A stretch of DNA of 27,654 nt from a virus (IMGVR_UViG_3300014613_000088:1-27654), one strand, 5' to 3'. Counted from the stretch's first letter, positions 16,374-25,487 are shown. A program made the numbers and translations. The notes: generated by a model from the sequence alone, not told the origin.

Positions 16374-17273
16374 ATGCCTATCTCAAGTTCAGTTCCCTAT
16401 CATCTGGTAGTCGGCGCCCGCTCAGGCTTCTTGCAAGCCTTTGAGGCAGCCACTCCGATGTGGCAGCGGATCGCTCAGCGCGTCGATCTGGGTGCGAAGT
16501 CCACCGACTTGGTGGACCTGGGCGCAACACCGATGCCTAAGAATTCCAAGTCTGGCTATACGATGCAGGATTACATCGAGAAGCGCATCGCGGTGACGCC
16601 GGACGACTGGGATATCACTGTCCACATCTCGAAAAACGCGGTCAAGGACGATCAGACTGGCACGCTCGATCAGCGGGTCCGTTCGGCTGGCGAACGCTTC
16701 CAGCAGCATTTTGACCAACTCTGCTTCTCCGCGCTCAATGCCGGCGATGGTTCGACCTATGGAACCTGCTACGATGGCCTGTCGTTCTTCAACAACAGCC
16801 ACGTAGACAAGGGCGCGACTTACACGACCGTGCAGGACAACAACTACGCCCTCGGGCTGACGTTGACCAACTTCAACACGGTCTGGACTGCCGCGATGAA
16901 CTTCAAGGACGACCACGGCCAACCTAGCCGCTACAACTACGACCTGCTGGTGGTGCCGCCCGCCCTGGCGCTCAGCGCCGCCCAGATCACTGACAACACT
17001 GAAGACGCGACAACCGGCAACCGAGCGATCAACCCGTTCAACGGTAAGGTCGGCTACGTCGTCTCGCAAGACTTCGACGCGACGGCCTGGGCGCTGGTTG
17101 CCAGTGCCCACGCCATCAAGCCGATCCTGCTGGTGATGCGGGAAGAGCCCCATCTGGAAGATGCCTGGGTGGATCCCAATCAGCCAGACGGCGGATGGTA
17201 CGCCTTTAAATTCTCCAGCAGGTACGACGTTTTCTACGGAGATTGGCGACTTTCCGCGCTGGGCCAGACCTAG
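16374..17273 (+). CDS. Major capsid protein, Mu gpT-like
   Basis: 299 aa; AVKDDQTG, CYDGLSFFNNSH, LLVVPPAL, INPFNG, KPILL, YGDWR motifs. Confidence 0.9.
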   Translation: MPISSSVPYHLVVGARSGFLQAFEAATPMWQRIAQRVDLGAKSTDLVDLGATPMPKNSKSGYTMQDYIEKRIAVTPDDWDITVHISKNAVKDDQTGTLDQRVRSAGERFQQHFDQLCFSALNAGDGSTYGTCYDGLSFFNNSHVDKGATYTTVQDNNYALGLTLTNFNTVWTAAMNFKDDHGQPSRYNYDLLVVPPALALSAAQITDNTEDATTGNRAINPFNGKVGYVVSQDFDATAWALVASAHAIKPILLVMREEPHLEDAWVDPNQPDGGWYAFKFSSRYDVFYGDWRLSALGQT

Positions 17274-17431
17274 TCGCAACTGTGCGGCAGTGAATCACCG
17301 CCGCCGCCTACCTGATAGCGCCTTGCGGCGCACCATGCCGGGATGGTTAATAGCGTTTCCTGTTCCGGCTCCTCCTTTCTGCCCGCCGGGTTCGGGCAAC
17401 TCGGCGGGTGGGGAGCATCCGAGAGGGTACT

Positions 17432-19273
17432 ATGACTACATTTACTTCTTTGCAATCCGACGGCGTTGATATCCGCACAGTAGCCGAGAACGTCTTTGGC
17501 AACCTGTGGTACGTGGATTCAACGCACGCCAGCAAGTCGGATGCGTCCGGGTTCGGGACCGACCCCGCAACGCCATTTGCGACCTTGGACTACGCCATAG
17601 GCGCGGCCACTGCCAACAACGGCGATGTGATCCTGCTGGCTCCCGGCCACGCCGAAACCAAGTCTGCCACTGGCAGCCTGTTCGCCGCGGACGTCGCCGG
17701 CGTCAAGATCGTCGGTGTTGGTCAGGGCGCGGACCGCGCCACCTTCACCTTCTCGCATACCGGCGCGGCCACCACCATCTCGGCGGCCAGCGTCTGGTTG
17801 GAAAACGTCGTGTTTGTCTGTGGCATTGACAGCGTGACCACTCCGCTAACGATCAGCGCGGCAGACTGCACGCTCGAGGCCGTCGAGTTCCGCGATGCTG
17901 CGAACACTGAGTTCGTGGCTGGTGTCATCACCACCGCGGCCGCCGACCGCCTGACCATCGAAGACTTCAAGTACACTGGTGACACGGTCACCGGCAACGC
18001 CTGCACCATCGGCATCGCCCTGATTGGGGTCAACAACTGCTTGATCAAGAACGCCCGCTTCCACGGCATCTTCTCTACGGCCGCCATCAATCTCAAGACG
18101 ACCAAATCGTTGGGCGTCATCATCGTTGACTCGTCATTCGAGAACGTGGGCACGGCGCTGACCAAGAACGTGGTTGAGTCCATTGCGGACTGCACCTTCC
18201 AGGTCTCCAACTGCTTCGACATGGTGGGGGGCTACGGCTTCTCCGGCAGTGACACGGCGGCTCTGGCTGCCGATGACACGGCCACTATCGCGGCTGCGGT
18301 CGCGGTGGTGGACGGCTACTTCGATGTGCCGACCAAAGACGCGGCTACCGATACCACGATTCGGGATGTGATTGGCCGCAAGACTGACACGGCGGCCACT
18401 AGCGCAGTGAGCGAAGTCGAATCGCTGATGGCCTACGCCAAGCAAAACGTGACCAACACCGAAGCGGCCGCAGTTGCGATTGGCGTCATCGACGGTTACT
18501 TCGATGCGCCGACTAAAGACGCTGTGACCGACACCACCATTCGCGACGCGATTGGTCGTAAGACCGATACGGCTGCGACAGGCGCGGTCACCGAAACCGA
18601 ATCGCTGATGGCCTACGCCAAGCAAAACGTCACGAACACCGAGGCGGCTGCCGCTGCTCTGGTAGTGATCGACGAGTTCCACGATGTGCCGGCCCAAAAT
18701 GCGGTTCTCAATGCCCAGACCAACGAGGTCATCGGTAACAAGACCGATACCGCTGGCTCCGGGGCTGTGACTGACACGTCATCGCTGGTGAAGTACGCCA
18801 AGCAACTCGTCAACGCGGCCATCGCGGGCGCGGCTGTCGATCTGGCAATCGAGCGCTGCGTTGAGAAGACTGACGGCGCCTGTCTCGGCAGTGACGATCC
18901 GCTCTTCACCATCACAGGCGGCCCGATTGTGGTCACCAAGTTTGTCGGCCTGGTCACGACTGTGATCGGCGCAAATGTGGCGACCTGCGCAATCGAGCTT
19001 GACGTGACGGATCCGGCCAACACCATCGCACTCTCCACTGCAGTTGCAATCACCGATGACGCGGCTGGCACCACGTACACCTTCACCGCCGCCACCCCGG
19101 GCGTTCTCACACCCAACACGCTGGGCGGCATCGACCAAATGCCCACCAACGAATGGCTATGCCCAGTTGGCTCAATCATCGCTAACACTAGCGCAGCCAA
19201 CACCGGCGTCATTCACTGGTACATGACGTATAAGCCGCTCTCGCCGAGCTGTGTAGTGGCAGCGGCGGCCTAA
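17432..19273 (+). CDS. Virion fibre/spike-like protein with beta-helix-like N-terminus and three 60-aa repeats
   Basis: WYVDS..GTDPATPFATLDYAI..GDVILLAPGH N-terminus; repeats at 180-nt period; GAGGG RBS. Confidence 0.75.
   Translation: MTTFTSLQSDGVDIRTVAENVFGNLWYVDSTHASKSDASGFGTDPATPFATLDYAIGAATANNGDVILLAPGHAETKSATGSLFAADVAGVKIVGVGQGADRATFTFSHTGAATTISAASVWLENVVFVCGIDSVTTPLTISAADCTLEAVEFRDAANTEFVAGVITTAAADRLTIEDFKYTGDTVTGNACTIGIALIGVNNCLIKNARFHGIFSTAAINLKTTKSLGVIIVDSSFENVGTALTKNVVESIADCTFQVSNCFDMVGGYGFSGSDTAALAADDTATIAAAVAVVDGYFDVPTKDAATDTTIRDVIGRKTDTAATSAVSEVESLMAYAKQNVTNTEAAAVAIGVIDGYFDAPTKDAVTDTTIRDAIGRKTDTAATGAVTETESLMAYAKQNVTNTEAAAAALVVIDEFHDVPAQNAVLNAQTNEVIGNKTDTAGSGAVTDTSSLVKYAKQLVNAAIAGAAVDLAIERCVEKTDGACLGSDDPLFTITGGPIVVTKFVGLVTTVIGANVATCAIELDVTDPANTIALSTAVAITDDAAGTTYTFTAATPGVLTPNTLGGIDQMPTNEWLCPVGSIIANTSAANTGVIHWYMTYKPLSPSCVVAAAA
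18290..18815 (+). repeat. Three tandem ~180-nt intragenic repeats
   Basis: atcgctgatggcctacgccaagcaaaacgt at 18421 and 18601; diverged copy at 18781. Confidence 0.9.
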
Positions 19274-19287
19274 CCTGTAACACTCTC

Positions 19288-19315
19288 CGGGCCAGTCGCG
19301 AGGCTGGCCCGTTTT
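19288..19315 (+). terminator. Hairpin/terminator
   Basis: CGGGCCAGTC-GCGA-GGCTGGCCCG-TTTT. Confidence 0.6.
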
Positions 19316-19330
19316 CCCCTCGGAGGTCAC

Positions 19331-19528
19331 ATGGACATTCTGCTCAGAGATGCGAAATTCTGGATTGCCATCGTACTCCTTCTCAAAGTAGTACTGTTCT
19401 ATGCAATCCCGGCTTTCCCGGAAGAGATTTGGGTCGCCGTCGACGCGCTGCTGGCTGTCGTCATCGGCGCCTTTGCTGGAGTAGCGACTCGCCAGATGGT
19501 CGTGGCGCGCCGCATTAGGAATGGGTGA
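19331..19528 (+). CDS. Holin-like two-TM membrane protein
   Basis: 65 aa, two hydrophobic helices, basic C-terminus, GGAGG RBS. Confidence 0.65.
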   Translation: MDILLRDAKFWIAIVLLLKVVLFYAIPAFPEEIWVAVDALLAVVIGAFAGVATRQMVVARRIRNG

Positions 19529-19532
19529 TACT

Positions 19533-19820
19533 ATGTCACCACGTAGACCACGTAAAGAACCACCGCCCGGACAGAACGAATCCAACGAGGCTCCCGATAA
19601 GTTTCCGTTGCCACAAGTGGCCGAGCCGCCCCGCGTTGTCGCGCCCCCGCCCCCATCCAAGCCGGTTCTCTACAGCGTCGGCGTTCGCAATCGCTGTCCC
19701 TGGGCCACGATCCAGAGCGCCGGGGCCTCCTGGGGCCGCGAGCCAACGATTCTACCGGCCAGCGATGCGCGCCTGCCGGAATTAAAGAGATGCGAGTTTT
19801 TGACCGTCACGGAGATCTAA
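19533..19820 (+). CDS. Proline-rich hypothetical protein
   Basis: In-operon ORF; start 19521 or 19533. Confidence 0.6.
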   Translation: MSPRRPRKEPPPGQNESNEAPDKFPLPQVAEPPRVVAPPPPSKPVLYSVGVRNRCPWATIQSAGASWGREPTILPASDARLPELKRCEFLTVTEI

Positions 19821-19821
19821 C

Positions 19822-20401
19822 ATGGGCGTACTAGACAACATCTTCGGCGCGAACTGGATTGCCGATCTGTTCAATCCGCATCACCAGCCCGCCGGCACAC
19901 CCGTCGGCGGGCAGTTTGCGCCAGCTACGGGCGGGGCGAGCGGTGGTATGGGCGGCCAGACAACCGCGCCAAGTTTGGAAACCAAACGCGCGGCCGCTGC
20001 TAAACGCCTGCACGAATGGCAAAACAATACTGATCGCGGTTTCGAGAGTAACGCTGATTGGAACGGGGCGCTCAATATCGCCGAACGTTTCGGTGATGCC
20101 GAGTTGAATCACCTACCATTCAGCGCCGTGAAACCTCTCCTGGAGCAGCGTTACCAGGCGCGGTTTCCAGCTACCCGTAGTGTAGCTGCTGCACCAGGTT
20201 CCGCGCCAGCAATGGCGGCGACAGCTAACCACGGACAACCGGTGCAGTTAACACCCGGTCATAGTTGTCTATGAACCGGGTAACTATTACCCGCCGATAG
20301 AGTATCGCGGGAAGGGCGATACAGGCCAACCGCCCGAAGGGCCTTCCGGGATCAGCAGCAATCGCCAATCGCCACCCAAAGCACCTACGGTCAACCGTTA
20401 A
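19822..20401 (+). pseudogene. NPHHxPAG..GGQF-motif gene interrupted by a tnpB 3'/omega RNA fragment
   Basis: Native N-terminus to 20034, TnpB C-terminal peptide in frame to 20274, separate open frame 20288-20401 ending before the next RBS. Confidence 0.65.
20035..20287 (+). mobile_element. Stand-alone tnpB 3' end / omega RNA copy (253 nt)
   Basis: 57 nt identical to 12443-12499 (reverse complement), then diverged homology ending at GGGTAACTAT. Confidence 0.9.
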
Positions 20402-20414
20402 AGCGAGGTAACTC

Positions 20415-20774
20415 ATGGCCGGAACTGTAATAACTGTTGAATTACCGCACAGCGTGATTCAAGAAGTCAAATTCGCCTGGACAGCCTCGGCCGGTGGCGC
20501 GGCAGATGCCACTACGCTCGAAGCCTACTCCGGGCGCGTGCTGGAATGCGTGGTTATCCCTGGAGCTACGCCACCCACCGGCTTGTTCGACGTAGCGATC
20601 ACCGATGGTAACAGCGTGGACGTGCTGCATGGCTTGGGCGCGAACTGCTCGAACGCCGCTACGATTGTGTTGATGGCTGGTCTGGGCGCGGTTGCCAACT
20701 CGCCGCTGACGCTGGCCGTCACCGCTGCTGGTAGCGCAAAGACCGGCACGGTGATTTTGCATCTGGGAGTGTAA
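20415..20774 (+). CDS. Putative virion structural protein
   Basis: GAGG RBS; A/G/T/V-rich beta protein in late operon. Confidence 0.7.
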   Translation: MAGTVITVELPHSVIQEVKFAWTASAGGAADATTLEAYSGRVLECVVIPGATPPTGLFDVAITDGNSVDVLHGLGANCSNAATIVLMAGLGAVANSPLTLAVTAAGSAKTGTVILHLGV

Positions 20775-20777
20775 GCC

Positions 20778-21272
20778 ATGTCCTACATCATGCGCGGGTC
20801 GGACACTGGTTCCGGCGTCAACGCCAACTCTGCTAACCACATCGTGGTAACTGCGGATATGACTAGCGCGGTCTGGAATGCCGTTGCTACGCAAGAGGTC
20901 TTCACCGTAACCGGTCTGTGCCGGTTGCACATGTGGATCCTCTGCACCGCGACGCTAACCGATTCTGCCGATGCCGCCCGCATCCAGTTCGGTCATGAAA
21001 GCGCCACCAATGCCTTTATCGCCTCAACCGTCTGCGCCACAGCCGGCGCGGGCTTACTGGCAACTGATTGCCTCTGGTACGATACTTCCCCACTGACCAC
21101 GCCAGAAGTCGCCGCAACCGCGATCTTGGATTACGTCGTCAACGGGCTGGACGTCGGCTACGAGGTCACTGGTGCGGCACTGACCGGGGGCAGCTTGGAA
21201 TTCCACTGCGTCTGGGAGTCGCTGGAGAGTGGCGCAAGTGTTGTGGCCGGCGTTGGCGGGCCGCTTGTGTAG
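20778..21272 (+). CDS. Putative virion structural protein resembling the C-terminal domain of 17432-19273
   Basis: VFTVTG...GSLEFHCVWESL..SVVA vs LFTITG...GVIHWYMTYKPL..CVVA. Confidence 0.7.
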   Translation: MSYIMRGSDTGSGVNANSANHIVVTADMTSAVWNAVATQEVFTVTGLCRLHMWILCTATLTDSADAARIQFGHESATNAFIASTVCATAGAGLLATDCLWYDTSPLTTPEVAATAILDYVVNGLDVGYEVTGAALTGGSLEFHCVWESLESGASVVAGVGGPLV

Positions 21273-21285
21273 CACAGGAGCAGAC

Positions 21286-21642
21286 ATGCGTTTATGGCGC
21301 ATAGTGTGGAAGATAATTCGCCCACCAGTGGGATGGGAAGTCCGACGGATGGTAGCATGGATTTGCCTGGCCGTGGGGTTGGTGCGGGTGTCACCGCTGG
21401 CGCCGTGTCTGGTGCGGTGGGCGCCGCCGTCGGTGTATGGCTGGGCGCTGATCGCGATTGGGATTGCGCTGCTGCGCACGCGACGGTTGCGTGCGCATTG
21501 GCCGGGGCGAGTGGCAGCGGTATTGGGCACGACCCTGCTGGCAATTCTGGCAGCAGATCTATCGGCGAATAGCGCGGCTACGGCCGTGTACGTTTTGTTG
21601 GCCTATGCGCTGGTCGGGGAAGCGGGGGCGCGGGATGGATAA
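21286..21642 (+). CDS. Multi-pass membrane protein
   Basis: AGGAG RBS; about four hydrophobic segments. Confidence 0.7.
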   Translation: MRLWRIVWKIIRPPVGWEVRRMVAWICLAVGLVRVSPLAPCLVRWAPPSVYGWALIAIGIALLRTRRLRAHWPGRVAAVLGTTLLAILAADLSANSAATAVYVLLAYALVGEAGARDG

Positions 21643-22375
21643 TAGCATGTGGATCGGTGTCATCATCGGACTAGTCGCGTTGATAGTCGCGATTTACGCA
21701 ACGCTGCGGGGTGGGACAACCGGCGGACTGGAGGAAGTTGTGCGCAGGTTGGCAAGCAATTTGGCGGAAGCGAGTCTCAAGATTGCTGCACTGGAACGTG
21801 AAAACGGCATGTTACGGGCAGAGTTGGAGCAAGTGCGGCGGGCACTGGCAGCATTGAATATGCCAGTTGAGAAGCTAATACTCCCATTTCATCCGCTGCT
21901 ACTAGTGATGGGTGATCAGCAGGCCGGGCAGATCGACGAGGCGGCGATTATGCGAGCCAGGATATCGTATCGGCGGTTACAGGATTGTACAGCGCAGGGG
22001 TTGGATGAGGAGTTGCGCCGGCGGCGGTTGGACGGGACACTATATCGCTGGGTGCTAATTTCGGCGCACATGGGGCCAGACGGGATAATGTTAGGGCCGG
22101 ATGTGGTAAACCGAGAGTGGCTACTACGTCGGTTACAAGATGTGCAAATCCTGTTTCTGAACGGCTGCGAGAACGTGAAGGTGGCCGACGGATTGGCCGG
22201 GCTGGTGGACTGGATCGTAGTGGTATATGAGCGGATCGACGGGCGGGATGCCGGGGATTTCTGTTATGCATTCTGGAATGGAATTGCGGCGGGCGAGGTG
22301 CCGGAGTTGGCGTTTCGGCGAGCGCTGATCGAGGTGCCGCAAGTATCGCCATATGTGGATATCCGCAAAGCGTAA
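21635..22375 (+). CDS. TM + coiled coil + CHAT (caspase-like) domain protein
   Basis: N-terminal TM, heptads, then VLISAHMG and ILFLNGCE matching the CHAT His-Gly / LxxC dyad context. Confidence 0.7.
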   Translation: MDNSMWIGVIIGLVALIVAIYATLRGGTTGGLEEVVRRLASNLAEASLKIAALERENGMLRAELEQVRRALAALNMPVEKLILPFHPLLLVMGDQQAGQIDEAAIMRARISYRRLQDCTAQGLDEELRRRRLDGTLYRWVLISAHMGPDGIMLGPDVVNREWLLRRLQDVQILFLNGCENVKVADGLAGLVDWIVVVYERIDGRDAGDFCYAFWNGIAAGEVPELAFRRALIEVPQVSPYVDIRKA

Positions 22376-22468
22376 GGGGTAGGCTAGGGATACAGGCATG
22401 ACACGCAGAATTGGCCCATACATGAACGCCATGCGCAAATTTGGCGTGCCAGAACCAGGGGAATACAA

Positions 22469-22825
22469 ATGAGCATAACGTATGACCTCGGTACGAATAG
22501 CGGGAAATGCCGTTTTACGGTCGGAGATACGACGAGTGGCAGCGGGATCCTACCGGCCGGCGGTAACTTCACGGACGCCGAAGTCGAATTCGCGATCACG
22601 CTGGCGGGCGACTGGCAACACGCGGCGATCTACCTGCTACGCGTCGCGGCCGGCCGGTGGGGGATTAAAGCGTCTTCGCTGTCGATCGGCGATTACTCAG
22701 AGGCACGCCAGCAAGTCGCCAATTTGACGGCCTTGGCTGATACGCTGGAGGCCAAGCTCCCGGGTGGGTGGTCCGGCATGGGGCTGGGGACCAGCACGGC
22801 CGCCAATCCGGCGGTCTTGGCATAG
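22469..22825 (+). CDS. Probable head-tail adaptor
   Basis: KCRFTVGDT..FTDAEVEF..SLSIGDYSE pattern; synteny. Confidence 0.65.
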   Translation: MSITYDLGTNSGKCRFTVGDTTSGSGILPAGGNFTDAEVEFAITLAGDWQHAAIYLLRVAAGRWGIKASSLSIGDYSEARQQVANLTALADTLEAKLPGGWSGMGLGTSTAANPAVLA

Positions 22826-22828
22826 CCG

Positions 22829-23227
22829 ATGGAAACCGTGCTCTCAGTTGCAGAGGTATCTGATCACACATGCAGCATCGTGCAGGCTGGCACGACTATT
22901 GGTGGCTACGGTCACTCTGATCCAAATTGGACGACGCCAACTGCGACAACCGCCAACGTCGCCTGCCACTACTCGCCGGGCGGGGTGCGCGAGATGGTAG
23001 ACGCCCGCAACCAGGGCACAACGATTCAACATCACACGCTCTGGATGAAGTACGCCGATGCGCCCAGCACACTGTTGACGCCCGGCTCAAACGTCAGTCA
23101 TCGGGTGACAACCATCAAAACGACAGGGGGCACCAGCATCGACGCTGGCCCATTCGATATCACGGACATCACCGACATGGCCGGCATCCACCAGATGCTC
23201 CGGCTGACACTCAAGAGGATTGCCTGA
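22829..23227 (+). CDS. Probable head closure/stopper protein
   Basis: Beta-rich 132 aa; synteny after adaptor. Confidence 0.6.
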   Translation: METVLSVAEVSDHTCSIVQAGTTIGGYGHSDPNWTTPTATTANVACHYSPGGVREMVDARNQGTTIQHHTLWMKYADAPSTLLTPGSNVSHRVTTIKTTGGTSIDAGPFDITDITDMAGIHQMLRLTLKRIA

Positions 23228-23970
23228 TGCCATACAACAAACAAGCAGCCATCTATCCCAGAGGCGACCGAGGTTTCGATGTTGGATTGCGCGACCTGAT
23301 TGCGCATCTGCCTAAGCACATTGTCATGGCCGAGGTGGGCGTATTCTCCGGTGCTGGTACACGCATCTTCCTGGACAGCGGGAAGGTCAGTTGGCTGTAT
23401 GCGGTAGATGCCTGGCAGGATTATACAGAGGACGGTGTACTGTACTGGTCACCGTTCACCTGGCAGGATGTCCAGGATACGTTCGCTGCCGGACCAGGGG
23501 CTGATCTCAATGTCGAAACGCTGCACATCTCCAGCCAGCAAGCCGCGGCCCAGCGACCGGACGGCGAGTTGGATTTCGTCTACATCGACGCCAGTCATGC
23601 CTATGCCGATATCAAGGCCGATCTGGAGGCATGGTTGCCGAAGGTGCGTGCCAGGGGCTGGATCGGCGGCAACGACTATACCCTGTCTGATACCGTGCGA
23701 CAGGCAGTGGACGAACTAGGTCTGGGTGAGCCGCTGACGTTCTCAGATTCAAGCTGGCTACTGCGCTTGCCGAAGGCCGCCGCGCCAAAACCTACACCAG
23801 TAGAGGAAACTGTAGAGGGAATGGCACCGCCGGTAGAGGACATGGTAGAGATTGTGCCGGTAGAGACGCCGATGCCGGAGGGACCGCACGCACCGGCAGA
23901 GAGTAAGCGCCTATCCCGCTGGGTGATTCCTGATCCGGTGGTGGCTGAGCCCATAGCGCAAGAGGGGTAG
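23227..23970 (+). CDS. Class I SAM-dependent methyltransferase (Methyltransf_24-like) with P/E-rich tail
   Basis: AEVGVFSG, YAVDAW, LDFVYIDASHAY, WLPKVRARGWIGGNDY; TGATG overlap start. Confidence 0.85.
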   Translation: MPYNKQAAIYPRGDRGFDVGLRDLIAHLPKHIVMAEVGVFSGAGTRIFLDSGKVSWLYAVDAWQDYTEDGVLYWSPFTWQDVQDTFAAGPGADLNVETLHISSQQAAAQRPDGELDFVYIDASHAYADIKADLEAWLPKVRARGWIGGNDYTLSDTVRQAVDELGLGEPLTFSDSSWLLRLPKAAAPKPTPVEETVEGMAPPVEDMVEIVPVETPMPEGPHAPAESKRLSRWVIPDPVVAEPIAQEG

Positions 23971-23974
23971 CCGG

Positions 23975-24481
23975 ATGCGAATCACCGGCAAGGTTGAAGT
24001 CAATTTCAACAGCAGGGAAGTCAAAGCAGCAGGGGCTGAATTTGCACGCGCTTTCACTAAAGAACTTGGTGAGTTGACTCGCGATATCGCACAGCGGAAT
24101 ATTTCGCCAGGCGTCGGCCCTGGGCCACACCCCCATCGCCCACCGCCATTCCGTCAACATACCGACACAGGTGCTTTGCGTGACAGTATTCAGGTAGCAC
24201 CGCGCGAGCAAGGATTCCTGACGACATACTTGGTCTGGACAGATCTAGATTACGGCACTTATCTCGAAATGGGGTGGTTCAGTATGGCCGGGAATTTCTG
24301 GCGTTATCCCTGGATGCTTCCGGCAGTTTCCGAGGCTGAGCAATCTCTTTACAAAATAGCACGGTCAACGGGGCGAGCTTACTTCACGGGAGGTTACAGC
24401 AATCGGCGGGCTGGGCGAGTAGATATATCCGAACCGTCCTTCGCTACTTTCAAGCCTGGCATTCCGCCGGAGTTAAGATAA
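23975..24481 (+). CDS. HK97 gp10-like neck/tail completion protein
   Basis: DTGALRDSI..DYGTYLEMG..YPWM motif. Confidence 0.75.
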   Translation: MRITGKVEVNFNSREVKAAGAEFARAFTKELGELTRDIAQRNISPGVGPGPHPHRPPPFRQHTDTGALRDSIQVAPREQGFLTTYLVWTDLDYGTYLEMGWFSMAGNFWRYPWMLPAVSEAEQSLYKIARSTGRAYFTGGYSNRRAGRVDISEPSFATFKPGIPPELR

Positions 24482-24496
24482 AGAGCGAAAGTGGAT

Positions 24497-25315
24497 TTAC
24501 GAATCAGGCCAGGAGACATGCAACCAAGTTCTGTTAGAGCGTATAGAGAAAATCGTTCCATCCGAAACGTTATAGGCGGAACCAAGCGTGGCACAGGTTT
24601 CACCATCTTGTAGGCGATGTTTGATTTCAAGCACGTCGGCTTCGGTCAAACGGGCATTATGATGCTTAGAACCAAGATTGCGACCTTTTGTTACAGCAGA
24701 AATACGGCGTCTTGTCTCGGCAGTCGCGGTAGCGCCAAGACGCGTGCCAGCATAGGGATCGGTATTATAACCGAATTGCTTATCCGTACATTGGGTCTTG
24801 TCGTACCATGCTTGCTCTCTGGTGGTAAGGTTATCCGTAGGAGCAACTGTTTCAAGGACAGAAAAGGTGAACGCTTCCTGACCATGTTCGTCCCAGTCAG
24901 ATTGGAGCAATACGCTATTATGCTTTCCACGTCTGAGCAACTTGCGATGCTTGCTCCATCGTGGATGGATATTGTTACTCGCACCGATATAGATTTTGCC
25001 GTTCAGACCATTGCGGATTTCATAGACACCGCGTATTTGGGGATTGCGTTTTTCATCGGCCAACTTGCGGCTGAAGCAAAATCGGTTGCAATATTTGCGA
25101 TTCAGGAAGTCCGAGCGTTCTTCACGCTGTCCGCGAACAAGTTTCGCGCCGCAATATTGGCAAGTGAGTTCGACAAGAATCGGGCGTCGATTATGGAGGT
25201 GAGTACACTTATACGAACAGCACTGTCTTTTAGCAAAGACCTTCGCTGTCTCATTCGATCTTTGGATCAATTGCATTCCACACTGGGCGCAATAGCGAGC
25301 ATCAGGACTTGACAC
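24497..25315 (-). CDS. GIY-YIG homing endonuclease with N-terminal Zn fingers, NUMOD3-like motif and C-terminal HTH
   Basis: GVYEIRN..KIYIG, conserved R/E/N; CxxC..C..C repeats; TAETRRRIS; GGGAGG before GTG 25315; visibly AT-richer. Confidence 0.9.
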   Translation of the reverse strand: MSSPDARYCAQCGMQLIQRSNETAKVFAKRQCCSYKCTHLHNRRPILVELTCQYCGAKLVRGQREERSDFLNRKYCNRFCFSRKLADEKRNPQIRGVYEIRNGLNGKIYIGASNNIHPRWSKHRKLLRRGKHNSVLLQSDWDEHGQEAFTFSVLETVAPTDNLTTREQAWYDKTQCTDKQFGYNTDPYAGTRLGATATAETRRRISAVTKGRNLGSKHHNARLTEADVLEIKHRLQDGETCATLGSAYNVSDGTIFSIRSNRTWLHVSWPDS

Positions 25316-25481
25316 GAGGGGGCCTCCCATTTTTGGGACGTTGAAAAGCTTGGACAGCGGCGGGATCGATCATCCAGTCGCGACCATGCTTATGAGCCGG
25401 TAACAAACCGTGCTCGATCCATTTGAGGACCGTCACGCGTTTGACATTGAGAAGTTCAGCAACTTGGGAAGTGGTTAGCAT
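25302..25481 (-). CDS. Excisionase-like HTH_17 DNA-binding protein (59 aa, not in ORF track)
   Basis: MLTTSQVAELLNVKRVTVLKWIEHGLLPAHKHGRDWMID. Confidence 0.85.
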   Translation of the reverse strand: MLTTSQVAELLNVKRVTVLKWIEHGLLPAHKHGRDWMIDPAAVQAFQRPKNGRPPRVKS

Positions 25482-25487
25482 GACTGA

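Noticed and set aside
16422-17279. Long antisense ORFs (285 aa here; also 12427-13140, 25551-26399 and others)
   Set aside because: Shadow frames of GC-rich genes with clear identity on the other strand
18290-18815. CRISPR array or DGR template/variable repeat
   Set aside because: In-frame 60-aa protein repeats without unique spacers or evident adenine-specific variation; no cas or RT genes
20035-20287. Self-splicing intron (IStron) that would restore the gene
   Set aside because: The whole insert is tnpB-3' homologous, with no group I core and no terminal G
22398-22472. 24-codon ORF MTRRIGPY... coupled to the adaptor gene
   Set aside because: Too short to support without homologues or ribosome data
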